DNA of 51,955 bases from Deltaproteobacteria bacterium (GTDB taxonomy: Bacteria > Desulfobacterota > Dissulfuribacteria > Dissulfuribacterales > UBA3076): contig JAJSZR010000002.1 of assembly GCA_030262715.1 (NCBI GenBank), forward strand, positions 1 to 51,955, written 5' to 3'. The position numbers were made by a program, and so were the translations under genes. This document shows, piece by piece, positions 16,980-26,935 of this stretch (position 1 is the stretch's first letter; every line of letters starts with the position of its first letter). The notes beneath the pieces were generated by a model, which saw only the letters and a list, made by a program, of their open reading frames with translations, did not search any database and had not been told where the DNA came from.

Positions 16980-18608
16980 ATAGCAAAAATCTTCGGAAAC
17001 ATAAAAAGCCTGTCACATTCCGAGCGCCGGGGCCTTGAGCGGCTCTTACGTAGAAAAATACCCCCCAACAAGTTGTTAACCCCTGAAATAGCAAGGGGCT
17101 TGACCGAAATCTCCGGCCATATGGCCAGGCAGGTCGGGGTCATAGTAAACCGAAAAGGTATAATACGCCATGTCATCCTGGGTGATCATCACGGTATACT
17201 AATACCGGATATAAGCTTCTACCGCAGGGGTCTTGGCCGTTTAAAGGGATTGCGGTGTATTCATACCCATTTTAATAGAAATGAAGGAATAAATACCGAA
17301 GATCTATCGGATCTTGCCCTGCTCAGATTGGACGCCATGGTAGCTATTGAGGTTAAAGATAACCTACCAGGCCAAGTGTATTTTGCTCACCTTCTGCCAC
17401 CCAATCCTGAAAACCGGCATTGGAAAATACTTACTTTCCGGCATCCCAGCGCTGTTGACCTGCCTTTTGGAGACTTTATTCAAGAACTTGAGACAGAAAT
17501 ACAGAAATCTCAGGACGGACTGGCCATTAAGGAGACGGAAGAGCGTGCGATTCTGGTACACGCAAGCCAACATCCCCGCTTTGAGGCAGAGCGATCCCTT
17601 GTGGAACTTGCGGAACTTGCCCGCTCCTCCAATGTAGAAGTGCTGGAAAGGATCTGGCAGCGTGTTCCTCACTACAACCCCGCACACCTGCTGGGTAAAG
17701 GAAAGCTGAGGGAAATTCTGATGAAGGGCCTTTATCTGGGGGCCACCATGGTGATCTTTGACCAGGATCTTGGGGCCGTACAGTTAAACAATATCGCCAG
17801 GATGGTAGATCTCAAAGTCATAGACCGCACCCAGCTTATCCTGGACATCTTTGCAAGAAGGGCCCAAAGCAAAGAAGGAAAAATCCAGGTGGAATTGGCC
17901 CAGCTCCGCTACCTTCTCCCCAGGCTCATAGGTCGAGGGACTGCCATGTCAAGGCTTATGGGAGGCATTGGGGGAAGGGGTCCGGGTGAAACCAAGCTGG
18001 AGGAGGATCGCAGGAGGGTAAAACAACGTATCAGCTCTCTTGAACGGGAACTAAAGGGCCTTTCTAAGGGAAGAAGGGAGAGAAGAAAGCACAGGGCCAA
18101 GGAAGGCCTCCCGGTGATCTCCATTATTGGTTACACCAATGCAGGGAAATCCACCCTCCTTAATCGACTCACCGGCAGCAAGGTCTTTGCTGAAAACCGA
18201 CTCTTTGCAACGCTTGATCCGACAACGCGACAGCTTGACCTCCCCGGAGCAAAAAAGGTGCTACTGGCAGATACTGTCGGCTTTATCCGGCACATGCCAA
18301 AAGATCTCCGGGTGGCATTTAAGGCCACCATGGAAGAGCTGGAAGATGCGCATCTTTTCTTACACGTAGTTGACGCAACCAGCCCGTATAGAAAGGGGGA
18401 AATAACGGCAGTCGAACAAATTCTTAAAGAAATGAACCTGTTAACAACTCCAAGGATACTGGTCTATAACAAAATTGATCTGTTGGCAGAAGATAAAATC
18501 CCTGCTTCCAATCCCGAAGAGGTTTATATCTCTGCAGTAACCAAAGAGGGTATTAACAGGCTTACTGAGATGTTGGCTGAGCGATTGCCCTTAGCTCATA
18601 CCTTATAA
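16980..18608 (+). CDS. hflX: GTPase HflX (long N-terminal form; probable ATA start)
   Basis: IDRTQLILDIF, GPGETKLE, GYTNAGKST, LFATLD, DTVG, NKID. The frame is open from 16980 (IAKIFGNIKSL...ERLLRRKIP) with AGGAG 9 nt upstream. Confidence 0.93.
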   Translation: MAKIFGNIKSLSHSERRGLERLLRRKIPPNKLLTPEIARGLTEISGHMARQVGVIVNRKGIIRHVILGDHHGILIPDISFYRRGLGRLKGLRCIHTHFNRNEGINTEDLSDLALLRLDAMVAIEVKDNLPGQVYFAHLLPPNPENRHWKILTFRHPSAVDLPFGDFIQELETEIQKSQDGLAIKETEERAILVHASQHPRFEAERSLVELAELARSSNVEVLERIWQRVPHYNPAHLLGKGKLREILMKGLYLGATMVIFDQDLGAVQLNNIARMVDLKVIDRTQLILDIFARRAQSKEGKIQVELAQLRYLLPRLIGRGTAMSRLMGGIGGRGPGETKLEEDRRRVKQRISSLERELKGLSKGRRERRKHRAKEGLPVISIIGYTNAGKSTLLNRLTGSKVFAENRLFATLDPTTRQLDLPGAKKVLLADTVGFIRHMPKDLRVAFKATMEELEDAHLFLHVVDATSPYRKGEITAVEQILKEMNLLTTPRILVYNKIDLLAEDKIPASNPEEVYISAVTKEGINRLTEMLAERLPLAHTL

Positions 18609-19606
18609 TAATCCTTATACCAGGCGATGAACCTGGGAATCCCTTCTTCCAGGGTGGTATCCGGCTTAAATCCTACATCTCTCATCAGGTCATCAATGTT
18701 TGCATAGGTTGCCGGCACATCTCCTGGCTGCATAGGCAGCAGATTCTTCCGGGCCTTCTTTCCCAGGCATTCTTCTATTATCTCAATAAAGCGCAACAAC
18801 TCCACTGGTTGATTGTTCCCAATGTTATAGAGCTTATAAGGCCCATAGCTCGAACTAGGATCAGGTGCTTCACCAGTCCAGCCGGGATTGGGCTCGGCAG
18901 GTTTGTCCAGGACCCGTACCACTCCCTTAACAATGTCATCTATGTAAGTAAAGTCCCGGCGCATTCTGCCGTAGTTGAATACATCTATGGGACGATCTTC
19001 TAATATGGCCTTTGTAAACAAAAAAAGGGCCATATCGGGTCTTCCCCATGGCCCGTAAACAGTAAAAAAACGAAGCCCTGTACAGTGCAGACCATATAGA
19101 TGGCTGTAAGTATGGGCCATTAGCTCATTGGCCTTTTTAGTGGCAGCATAGATGGACACCGGATGGTCTACATTGTCATGGACACTGAAAGGCATTCTGG
19201 TATTTGCCCCATATACAGAACTGGACGAGGCAAAGACGAGGTGCTTAATACCATTATGTCGACATCCTTCAAGGACATTCATAAAGCCCACCAGGTTTGA
19301 GTCCACATAGGAATGAGGATTTATAAGAGAATAGCGCACGCCTGCCTGGGCTGCCAGATTGATCACCCCATCAAACCCCTCTGTCTCAAAAAGTTCCTCC
19401 ATTGCCGTTCTATCTGACATATCCTTCCGAACTGATTTAAAGTTAACATATGGTGTAAGCCTGGAAAGGCGGGCCTCCTTGAGAACCGGATCATAGTAGT
19501 CGTTCATGTTATCAAGACCTACAACTTCTCTTCCCTCCTCAAGAATTAGCCTGGAAAGGTGATATCCTATGAATCCGGCAGCACCGGTAACCAGTATCTT
19601 TTTCAT
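18596..19606 (-). CDS. NAD-dependent epimerase (UDP-glucuronate 4-epimerase type)
   Basis: VTGAAGFIG, LAAQAGVRYS, YAATKK, GPWGRPDMA. Confidence 0.93.
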   Translation of the reverse strand: MKKILVTGAAGFIGYHLSRLILEEGREVVGLDNMNDYYDPVLKEARLSRLTPYVNFKSVRKDMSDRTAMEELFETEGFDGVINLAAQAGVRYSLINPHSYVDSNLVGFMNVLEGCRHNGIKHLVFASSSSVYGANTRMPFSVHDNVDHPVSIYAATKKANELMAHTYSHLYGLHCTGLRFFTVYGPWGRPDMALFLFTKAILEDRPIDVFNYGRMRRDFTYIDDIVKGVVRVLDKPAEPNPGWTGEAPDPSSSYGPYKLYNIGNNQPVELLRFIEIIEECLGKKARKNLLPMQPGDVPATYANIDDLMRDVGFKPDTTLEEGIPRFIAWYKDYYKV

Positions 19607-19645
19607 TATATGAGATGATTTAATAGTCATTCAATAATCCTCTTT

Positions 19646-19754
19646 GTAAGCGTTCACGAGGCACCGCATCTGCTTTGTTGTCGGGCACTTGAAGTACAGG
19701 GAGTACGTCTACGTACCCTCCGCCTCGCATCTGCAGCACCCTGTAAACGCTTAC
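19646..19754. repeat. Intergenic inverted-repeat element
   Basis: GTAAGCGTTCAC (19646-57) / GTAAACGCTTAC (19743-54); an additional end-like GTGAATGGTTAA at 19793. Confidence 0.7.
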
Positions 19755-19810
19755 AGTTCGGTAGGTTGCGGTAAAACGGGCGTTGTAATCCCGTGAATGG
19801 TTAATCCTCT

Positions 19811-21652
19811 TTATTCAACTGTCACGCTCTTTGCCAGATTGCGCGGCTGATCCACATCACATCCCCGGGCAACAGCAATTTCATAGGCCAATAACTGTAA
19901 AGGAATAGTATAAAGAAACGGGTTGATGTCAGGATCCTCTGGTCTGGGCACTGATACAACATACTGTGCGATCCTGGAAATGCCTTCATCACCCTTTTCT
20001 CCAAGGGCTATAATAATGCCACGCCTTGACTTTACCTCTTCAACATTGCTAAGCACCTTCTCATAGACATGATCATGGGGGGCCAGGGCTACTACAGGCA
20101 TTTTCCTGTCAATCAAGGCAATGGGGCCGTGTTTCATTTCCCCTGCTGCATATCCCTCAGCATGGATGTAAGAAATTTCCTTAAGCTTAAGTGCCCCTTC
20201 AAGGGCGATGGGAAAATGAATATCCCTGCCAAGATATAAAAAATCACTGTAACTGTAAAAGGTGTCTGCCAGCTCCATGGTCTGCTGATGCCACGGGACA
20301 AGGCCCTCTTCCAGCAACCCTGGAACACTCATTAAGGCTGAGATCTTGCCCATAATTGCTCCTCTGGTAAGACTATTTCTGACCTGGCTTAAATAAAGCG
20401 CAAGGACATAAAGGGCTGAAAGCTGGCTGGTAAAGGCCTTGGTTGAGGCAACCCCGATTTCAGGACCTGCATGAGTGTAAACAGTACCGCCTGACTCTCT
20501 GGTTATGGTACTCCCCACCACGTTGCAAATAGCTATTACAGGTGAACCCAACTCCTTCGCCATGCGGAGCCCGGCCAGGGTATCAGCTGTTTCTCCTGAC
20601 TGGGAAATCGGGACTGTGAGCACGGTCTCATCTAATATCAGGTGCCTGTAACGAAACTCAGAAGCAAGATCTACTTCTACCGGCAGCCTCGCCCATTTTT
20701 CTATCCAGTATTTTGCTACAAGGCCTGCATGCCAGGATGTGCCACAGGCAAGAAGTACTATCCTCCTAAGGCCCTTTATCAGATCAGGAGAAAGTTCTAT
20801 TTCAGGCAGGCTTACCTCTCCGAGCTCCGGCATCACGCGACCGCGGTAAGTGTTCAGCACGGCCTGGGGCTGCTCGTAAATCTCCTTTAACATGAAATGC
20901 TTATACCCGGCCTTTTCTGCCATGGTCGCATTCCAGGAAATGGTCTGGGAGACCTTTACTACAGGCTTGCCGTTATCTATGTGCCTCACCTCGGCACCGT
21001 TTCTGGACAGGATGGCCATCTCCCCGTCATCCAGAAAGATCACATCACGCGTATAGGGCAAGAGGGCAGGGATGTCCGAGGCCAGAAAACACTCATTGTC
21101 TGCAAGTCCCAAGACCATGGGGCTCTGCTTTCGCGCGGCAACCAATATGTCAGGATCGCCCTGCCATAGCACGCCTATAGCGTAGGCGCCTTTAACCTCC
21201 ATCAGGGCATCCCTGACAGCCTGGACCAGATTTCCATTCAGATGCTTTTCAATAAGGTGCGCCAGGACCTCGGTATCTGTCTCTGACTTGAAGATATGGC
21301 CCTCATTCTGGAGCTGCTGGCGAAGGGTGTAGTAGTTTTCAATAATGCCATTGTGAACCACTACCAGGTTCCCGGTACAGTCTGTATGAGGGTGGGCATT
21401 GGCCTCGGTGGGTTCTCCATGAGTAGCCCAACGGGTATGGCCCAGACCAACAGGGCTTGGCACATCCCGGATGCCGTCCAATAACAGGTCCAGCTTACCC
21501 AGCTTGCCTTCGCTCCTGACGCGGTGGACAGATCCCTCAAGGATATATGCCACCCCGGCTGAATCATAGCCCCTGTACTCCAGCCTTCGGAGGCCATCTA
21601 AGAGTATCGGCAATACGCACCTGTGACCAATATAACCTACTATGCCGCACAT
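19811..21652 (-). CDS. glmS: Glutamine--fructose-6-phosphate transaminase
   Basis: MCGIVG, LEYRGYDSAG, GHTRWATHG, C-terminal PRNLAKSVTVE. Confidence 0.98.
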   Translation of the reverse strand: MCGIVGYIGHRCVLPILLDGLRRLEYRGYDSAGVAYILEGSVHRVRSEGKLGKLDLLLDGIRDVPSPVGLGHTRWATHGEPTEANAHPHTDCTGNLVVVHNGIIENYYTLRQQLQNEGHIFKSETDTEVLAHLIEKHLNGNLVQAVRDALMEVKGAYAIGVLWQGDPDILVAARKQSPMVLGLADNECFLASDIPALLPYTRDVIFLDDGEMAILSRNGAEVRHIDNGKPVVKVSQTISWNATMAEKAGYKHFMLKEIYEQPQAVLNTYRGRVMPELGEVSLPEIELSPDLIKGLRRIVLLACGTSWHAGLVAKYWIEKWARLPVEVDLASEFRYRHLILDETVLTVPISQSGETADTLAGLRMAKELGSPVIAICNVVGSTITRESGGTVYTHAGPEIGVASTKAFTSQLSALYVLALYLSQVRNSLTRGAIMGKISALMSVPGLLEEGLVPWHQQTMELADTFYSYSDFLYLGRDIHFPIALEGALKLKEISYIHAEGYAAGEMKHGPIALIDRKMPVVALAPHDHVYEKVLSNVEEVKSRRGIIIALGEKGDEGISRIAQYVVSVPRPEDPDINPFLYTIPLQLLAYEIAVARGCDVDQPRNLAKSVTVE

Positions 21653-21691
21653 GTATCCTCCTTGATACATAAAGTGATCTAAAGTACTCTA

Positions 21692-23080
21692 CTAACGAGA
21701 CCCTTCCCTGAAAAGGATTGTCTTAACGGTCTTAAGCATTATGTAAAGATCCAATATTACAGACATGTGCTTTATATAGAAGAGATCGTACTCAAGCTTC
21801 TTTTTTGCATCTTCCTCTGACGCCCCATAAGGATAGCTGATCTGGGCCCAGCCCGTAATTCCCGGTTGAACAGTACTGCGTTGATTATAATATCGAATTT
21901 TCTTGTTGAGTTCGCTTACGAATTGCGGCCTCTCAGGTCTAGGCCCTACGAAATTCATTTCGCCTTTCAGGACATTCCACATCTGGGGGATTTCATCTAT
22001 CCTGAGTTTGCGGATTATTTTACCGACCCTGGTGACCCTGACATCATTCCTCCTTGCCCACTCAGCCTTTTCATGCTCTGCGTCCTGCCGCATAGAACGA
22101 AACTTTATTAAAACAAAGGTCTTGCCATCCTTGCCCACTCTCTCTTGCCTATAAAATATCGGACCCTGGGAATCCAACTTAATACATATGGAAGTCAACA
22201 AAATGATCGGGAATGAGAAAAAAAGGCCAAAAGCTGATATGCACGTACCAATAAGTCGCTTTGTTGCCATCATTACACACGACTTCTGAAAACCCTCGTG
22301 GAAAATCAGCCAACTGGGATTTATCTTATCAACCAATATCTTGCCAGTAAGCTCCTCAAAAAAAGTCTCTCCCTCAAGAACGGGCACGCCTTTCATTTTG
22401 CACTCCAGGAGTTCATCCAAGGGAAGACGCCCTCTGCGCTGATCCATGGCAACTATTATTTCCTCAGCCCCTGTTTCACTTATCCGCTGACACAGATTGG
22501 AAAAAGAATTAAAGACTCGTGTGTCACCGTAAGCCTCATCCTCGGCAAGCACTTTGTCCAAGACTGCGCCTGCAACCCTGAAGCCGCAGTCACTCTTGTC
22601 CTTGATTTCCCGGACTATCTCTTCAGAAAAGGTGCCGGACCCCACAATCAAGACAGGAATGGTCCACCACTCTTTTCTAAGCATCCAGCAATAGGCATAT
22701 CTCCAAAGACCACTGAGAAAAACGAAGACGAGCAGGCTCCCCAAAAAGACCCACCGGCCGGGCAAGAGGACCGGAAAGACAAAATAAAGAAATCCCAAAA
22801 AAATGGAGGCGCTACCAAGGGCCTGGATCAGGCGGATGGTCATCTCCACATAACTGAACCCAGACCTGAAAGTATATAGATCATAGTAGTAAAGACACAA
22901 AAGGCAGACAAAAACTATCAGAAACAATCTGGGCCACAGGGACAAGATATCAAATGCAGTAATATCTCCACCATGACGATAGGCTACAACCACAACCAAA
23001 GAAAAGAACAGAAAAATGCCTTCGCCACCAAAAAAAAGCAGCCTTCTGATGGAATATTTTTTCCCAAAAACTCTGATCAT
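21692..23080 (-). CDS. Priming polyprenyl glycosylphosphotransferase, PEP-CTERM/XrtA-associated type (TIGR03013-like)
   Basis: N-terminal TM helices, KFRSM, RIDEIPQ, VGPRPER, PGITGWAQ. Confidence 0.9.
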   Translation of the reverse strand: MIRVFGKKYSIRRLLFFGGEGIFLFFSLVVVVAYRHGGDITAFDILSLWPRLFLIVFVCLLCLYYYDLYTFRSGFSYVEMTIRLIQALGSASIFLGFLYFVFPVLLPGRWVFLGSLLVFVFLSGLWRYAYCWMLRKEWWTIPVLIVGSGTFSEEIVREIKDKSDCGFRVAGAVLDKVLAEDEAYGDTRVFNSFSNLCQRISETGAEEIIVAMDQRRGRLPLDELLECKMKGVPVLEGETFFEELTGKILVDKINPSWLIFHEGFQKSCVMMATKRLIGTCISAFGLFFSFPIILLTSICIKLDSQGPIFYRQERVGKDGKTFVLIKFRSMRQDAEHEKAEWARRNDVRVTRVGKIIRKLRIDEIPQMWNVLKGEMNFVGPRPERPQFVSELNKKIRYYNQRSTVQPGITGWAQISYPYGASEEDAKKKLEYDLFYIKHMSVILDLYIMLKTVKTILFREGSR

Positions 23081-23133
23081 AAACCAGCCATACGGATAAT
23101 GGAGCAGCCAATAATGGGCTCCCTTATTTTGAG

Positions 23134-24051
23134 CTAGCCCTGCTTATTTGAGCTGTAGTAAGGATATTTCTTTTTATAATAGGAATACTTCCCGGGCGGG
23201 CTTTCAAAACAGTTAAAGACTATTCCCAGCATCTTATCCTCACCCACCTTGGCAATGGCTTCTTCTATCAAATCCTGTTTGGAATAACCGTAGCGAACCA
23301 CAAAAACCACTGCATCGACATTTTGAGAAAGGCTCAAGGTTTCAGCCGCCAGGTTGACAGGAGGAGAGTCTACGATGATAAAATGATCCGGATATCTCTC
23401 TCGCGCCTCTTCGAGGAGATGTCTCATTTTGGCAGAAGTCAGAAGCTCTGCAGGGTTTCTCACAGAATGGCCTGCAGGAAGAACGGTCAACTTCATCATG
23501 GGAGTCCTGATCAGGTATTTTGACAGGGGCTCATTCCTCTGGAGATATTCTGAAAGTCCTTCGCTTGGCTCAAACCCCAGCACCCGGTGTACAGATGATT
23601 TTCTAATATCAGCGTCTATCAAGAGGGCATAAGGATCTACACTCTGGGCAATACTTACTGCCAGGTTACACGCTACCATGGTCTTGCCGGCCAGCTCCAT
23701 GGCAGAGGTCACAAGTATCACCCTGCGATCTTTACCGTCCTTGGGATAAAGGATTTGGGACCGAAGCACCTTAAAGTGCTCCGCAGCAGGAGACCCGGGT
23801 TCGTGAAACACCACCAGCTTAGGATCAACCGGACCCTGTAGAGCTTTTGATGCAAATCCGGCCTTTCCCCCAGTCTGAACATCTGCCTTGGAAGCAATCG
23901 CATCTTTATAGGCTGGTTCCGGACTCCCCTCATACTGAGTTCCTGCCTGCTCTTGCTCTCTCGACTCTATCTCGCTGGATGGCCCTAACCGATCCTTCTT
24001 CCTTGCCGGCTCTCTCCTTGCCTTATTCAAGGCATCAGCAATCTTACCCAT
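23134..24051 (-). CDS. EPS tyrosine autokinase (CpsD/Wzc cytoplasmic domain)
   Basis: GKT Walker A, LIDAD, IVDSPP, Tyr-rich C-terminus YSYYKKKYPYY. Confidence 0.9.
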   Translation of the reverse strand: MGKIADALNKARREPARKKDRLGPSSEIESREQEQAGTQYEGSPEPAYKDAIASKADVQTGGKAGFASKALQGPVDPKLVVFHEPGSPAAEHFKVLRSQILYPKDGKDRRVILVTSAMELAGKTMVACNLAVSIAQSVDPYALLIDADIRKSSVHRVLGFEPSEGLSEYLQRNEPLSKYLIRTPMMKLTVLPAGHSVRNPAELLTSAKMRHLLEEARERYPDHFIIVDSPPVNLAAETLSLSQNVDAVVFVVRYGYSKQDLIEEAIAKVGEDKMLGIVFNCFESPPGKYSYYKKKYPYYSSNKQG

Positions 24052-24078
24052 TTTTCTCCGTGCCTTTAACGTTCATTT

Positions 24079-25119
24079 TTATTTTACATCACCTGCAATC
24101 AGCTCATGTGCGGCCACAGGATTATCCTTGTCAAAACTATTGTAAATACTACTAGTTAGAATCCCATCATTCATCAGGACTCCCCACCACAGAATGAGCA
24201 ATCCCAACGATACAACTATAAATAATATAACTATAATCATCACAGCCTTGATGAGTCTGCTGTATCTGTGGTAAAATATATTTGTTATATTTTTTGTATC
24301 TTTTTCATCCTTGCTGCCAGGCAGCCTGAGTTCAGCCGCACATTCTTCGATTACTCTATTGTCAATCCGTTTCAGCTCTTTAACATAACCGGTAAGGAGG
24401 GCATGGTCTGCCAAGATATTTATTAATCTTGGAATGCCTCGGGTGTACTCATAAAGGCTTTGTATTGCAGAATCAGTGAATATGCCTAGGTCTTTAGCGC
24501 CTGACCTGAGCAAGCGGGTCTCTATATATTTAGTTGTCTCATCGAGGGTCATGGAAAACAAATGATACCGCAAGGTTATGCGCTGTGTCAGCGGCCGTAG
24601 CTCCGGACTGGACAGTTTTTCATCAAGTTCCGGTTGCCCCACCAGGATTATATTTACCAGCTTGTGGCCCGCGGTCTCCAGATTGGAAAGCAGCCTTATC
24701 TCCTCCAACAGCTCATGAGATAGAGAATGGGCCTCATCTACGATCAGCACGACGTTTTCGTCACTACTATAGGCCTTTTCTAAAAACTGTGTAAACTGAA
24801 CAAGAAAATGGGCCTTGTGTTCTATTACACCCAGTTTATATGCATCTGCTAAGAGGTAAAAAAACTCTTCTCTTGTCAGGGTAGGATTGGATATGAAGGC
24901 AACCCTCACTTTCTGTGGTACATCTGCAAGAAGGGCATGTATTAAAGTGGTTTTACCAGTACCCACCTCACCTGTTATTACTACAAAGCCTTTTCTTTGG
25001 GCAACTCCATAGGTCAGATTGGCCAGTCCTTCACGATGGACTTCGCTGAGATAGAGAAACCTTGGATCAGGAGAGATGGAAAAGGGCTGTTCATTCAGTC
25101 CATAATAGCTGAGATACAT
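24079..25119 (-). CDS. ExeA-like AAA ATPase, PEP-CTERM EPS locus type
   Basis: MYLSYYGL..PFSISPDP, GEVGTGKTT, VDEAH, LVGQPEL, GIPRLIN. Confidence 0.9.
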   Translation of the reverse strand: MYLSYYGLNEQPFSISPDPRFLYLSEVHREGLANLTYGVAQRKGFVVITGEVGTGKTTLIHALLADVPQKVRVAFISNPTLTREEFFYLLADAYKLGVIEHKAHFLVQFTQFLEKAYSSDENVVLIVDEAHSLSHELLEEIRLLSNLETAGHKLVNIILVGQPELDEKLSSPELRPLTQRITLRYHLFSMTLDETTKYIETRLLRSGAKDLGIFTDSAIQSLYEYTRGIPRLINILADHALLTGYVKELKRIDNRVIEECAAELRLPGSKDEKDTKNITNIFYHRYSRLIKAVMIIVILFIVVSLGLLILWWGVLMNDGILTSSIYNSFDKDNPVAAHELIAGDVK

Positions 25120-25255
25120 AATTACACTGCAAAAACGGATTTACTCAAAATGCCCCGGACACAGGGCACGAAACTCTTAAGGAATATGGAGGCCGTTGCT
25201 ATGACCTGTCTATATACAACGCATAGGCAGGCAAGGATGATTAAGTTACACTGCA

Positions 25256-26869
25256 TCATAAAAGGCCTGAAAAAGCACCGCCGCCCTTGCACCACAGAAT
25301 AAGAAAGAGGATTATTACTGCTGCATAACCCGCCATTGCGAATGAACTTAAAAACAAGGCATTGAGCCTCCTTTTCCGCTTCTCCGCATCAGTCAAAAGA
25401 AGGGGCACACAGGCCAACACAGAGATGTTTAACGCCTTTTTCACGTCTTCGGGATCATAAAATACATTACTGAGATACTCCCGGCCCAAAGCCAATCCCA
25501 GCCCTGCACCCGCAGCCAAAAGAAGGGTCATAGCCAGAATCTTTTTCACATCGGGCTTGAAAGAGGTTTCTGGTATTCTGGCTGGATCGATCACCCTGAA
25601 CTGCTCACCTTTTTGTCTCCTTTCCAGGGCTGCTGCCTGCTCAGCCTCTATCTTGCGAGTCATTAAGCTTTCATAGGACAGCCTCAAGTTGTCATAGTCG
25701 CGTGTGAGGTCAACCAGTTCCTGCTCCCTCTTGGGTGTGTTCTCAATACGCTTCTGATACACGACTATCTGTTTCCGGACCTTATTACTTGATTCCCTTA
25801 TAGCCTTGATGTCAAATTCCAGGCCCTTTAGCTGGTACTTGAGCCCTACGATGATGGCATTCTCCGGGCCTCCCATATCAACTGGAGCCCCACTTTCCAT
25901 ACTTACTCCTGCCCCCTCATTATCCGAGGCCAAGCCCTGGATACCCTGCTCTTTCTCAAGTCTGGCAATAAGTCTCTTGACAGTCACAACGTCCGGATGA
26001 GTATCAGTGTATCGCACTCTAAGGGACTTAAGCCTTTCCCTTAGACCTTCCATGGTAGTTGGGGTCTGGGAGACTGTCCCCCCCTGTGAACCGGCAGAAT
26101 CAGCGGCCATACTCAAGTTGCTCCTCTCTTCTGCAATTTGGCGCTGTAATAACAACTTCCTGTCTTCAGCACTCCTGATATTTTCTTGCAGGGTCTCAAT
26201 CTCCTCCTGGAGACGCTGGAGCATGGCCAGATTGCTCTCCCTTTGCTCGGGAAGCTCGCCTATATGCTTCATCTTATACTGTTTCAGGGCCTCTTCCCGG
26301 TGTTTCAGCTCAAGATAGACCTTTTCAAGCTCTTCGGACAGGAACTCTGCAGTACCCTTGGCCTGAACCTCTCTTAACTTGAGATTTTCCTCAATAAACA
26401 TGTTAGCCAGGGCATTGACGACCTTGGTAATGAGAATGGGGTCCGTACCCTCATAGGACAAAATAAATGTGTTTCCGCGGGCTTCCCTGGGACTGTCTAT
26501 TTGAATCTTCTCTTTCATTGCCTCTACAACTGTCTCCATTGGCAGACGCTCACTGGCCCCAGGGTAAAGGTTGAACTGTTCTATGACCCGCTCTAGACTT
26601 GTCCGGCTGGTGACCTCTTGCCATATGCCCCGAATACGTTCATCAATATCTCCTGTAACTGTGGACCGTATATATGCCTCAGGGACCCGCTGCGGCACGA
26701 CCACTATGGTAGTGCTCGTACTGTAAATCTTTGCAGAAAAAAGGCAGTACAGCAAACCTGCCAACAGAAACGGGATCATACCGAAGATGATCTCCCCCCT
26801 TCTGCGCAAAAGCAGGGAAAGATATAGATAAATGTCTAATGGCTTTTGTCCACCCGGTCTAATTGCCAT
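25256..26869 (-). CDS. Polysaccharide chain-length determinant (Wzz/GumC family)
   Basis: Two TM regions flanking a coiled coil, YTDTHPDV, GEQFRVIDPA. Confidence 0.9.
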   Translation of the reverse strand: MAIRPGGQKPLDIYLYLSLLLRRRGEIIFGMIPFLLAGLLYCLFSAKIYSTSTTIVVVPQRVPEAYIRSTVTGDIDERIRGIWQEVTSRTSLERVIEQFNLYPGASERLPMETVVEAMKEKIQIDSPREARGNTFILSYEGTDPILITKVVNALANMFIEENLKLREVQAKGTAEFLSEELEKVYLELKHREEALKQYKMKHIGELPEQRESNLAMLQRLQEEIETLQENIRSAEDRKLLLQRQIAEERSNLSMAADSAGSQGGTVSQTPTTMEGLRERLKSLRVRYTDTHPDVVTVKRLIARLEKEQGIQGLASDNEGAGVSMESGAPVDMGGPENAIIVGLKYQLKGLEFDIKAIRESSNKVRKQIVVYQKRIENTPKREQELVDLTRDYDNLRLSYESLMTRKIEAEQAAALERRQKGEQFRVIDPARIPETSFKPDVKKILAMTLLLAAGAGLGLALGREYLSNVFYDPEDVKKALNISVLACVPLLLTDAEKRKRRLNALFLSSFAMAGYAAVIILFLILWCKGGGAFSGLL

Positions 26870-26935
26870 AGATCTTCACTCTAGAACAAAATTCGAGTTT
26901 TTTGGCATCTTTTCTGTCTGTGCTCTTACCAGGAC

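Noticed and set aside
21653-21691. glmS ribozyme
   Set aside because: Only about 40 bp separate glmS from the upstream gene, too short to hold one.
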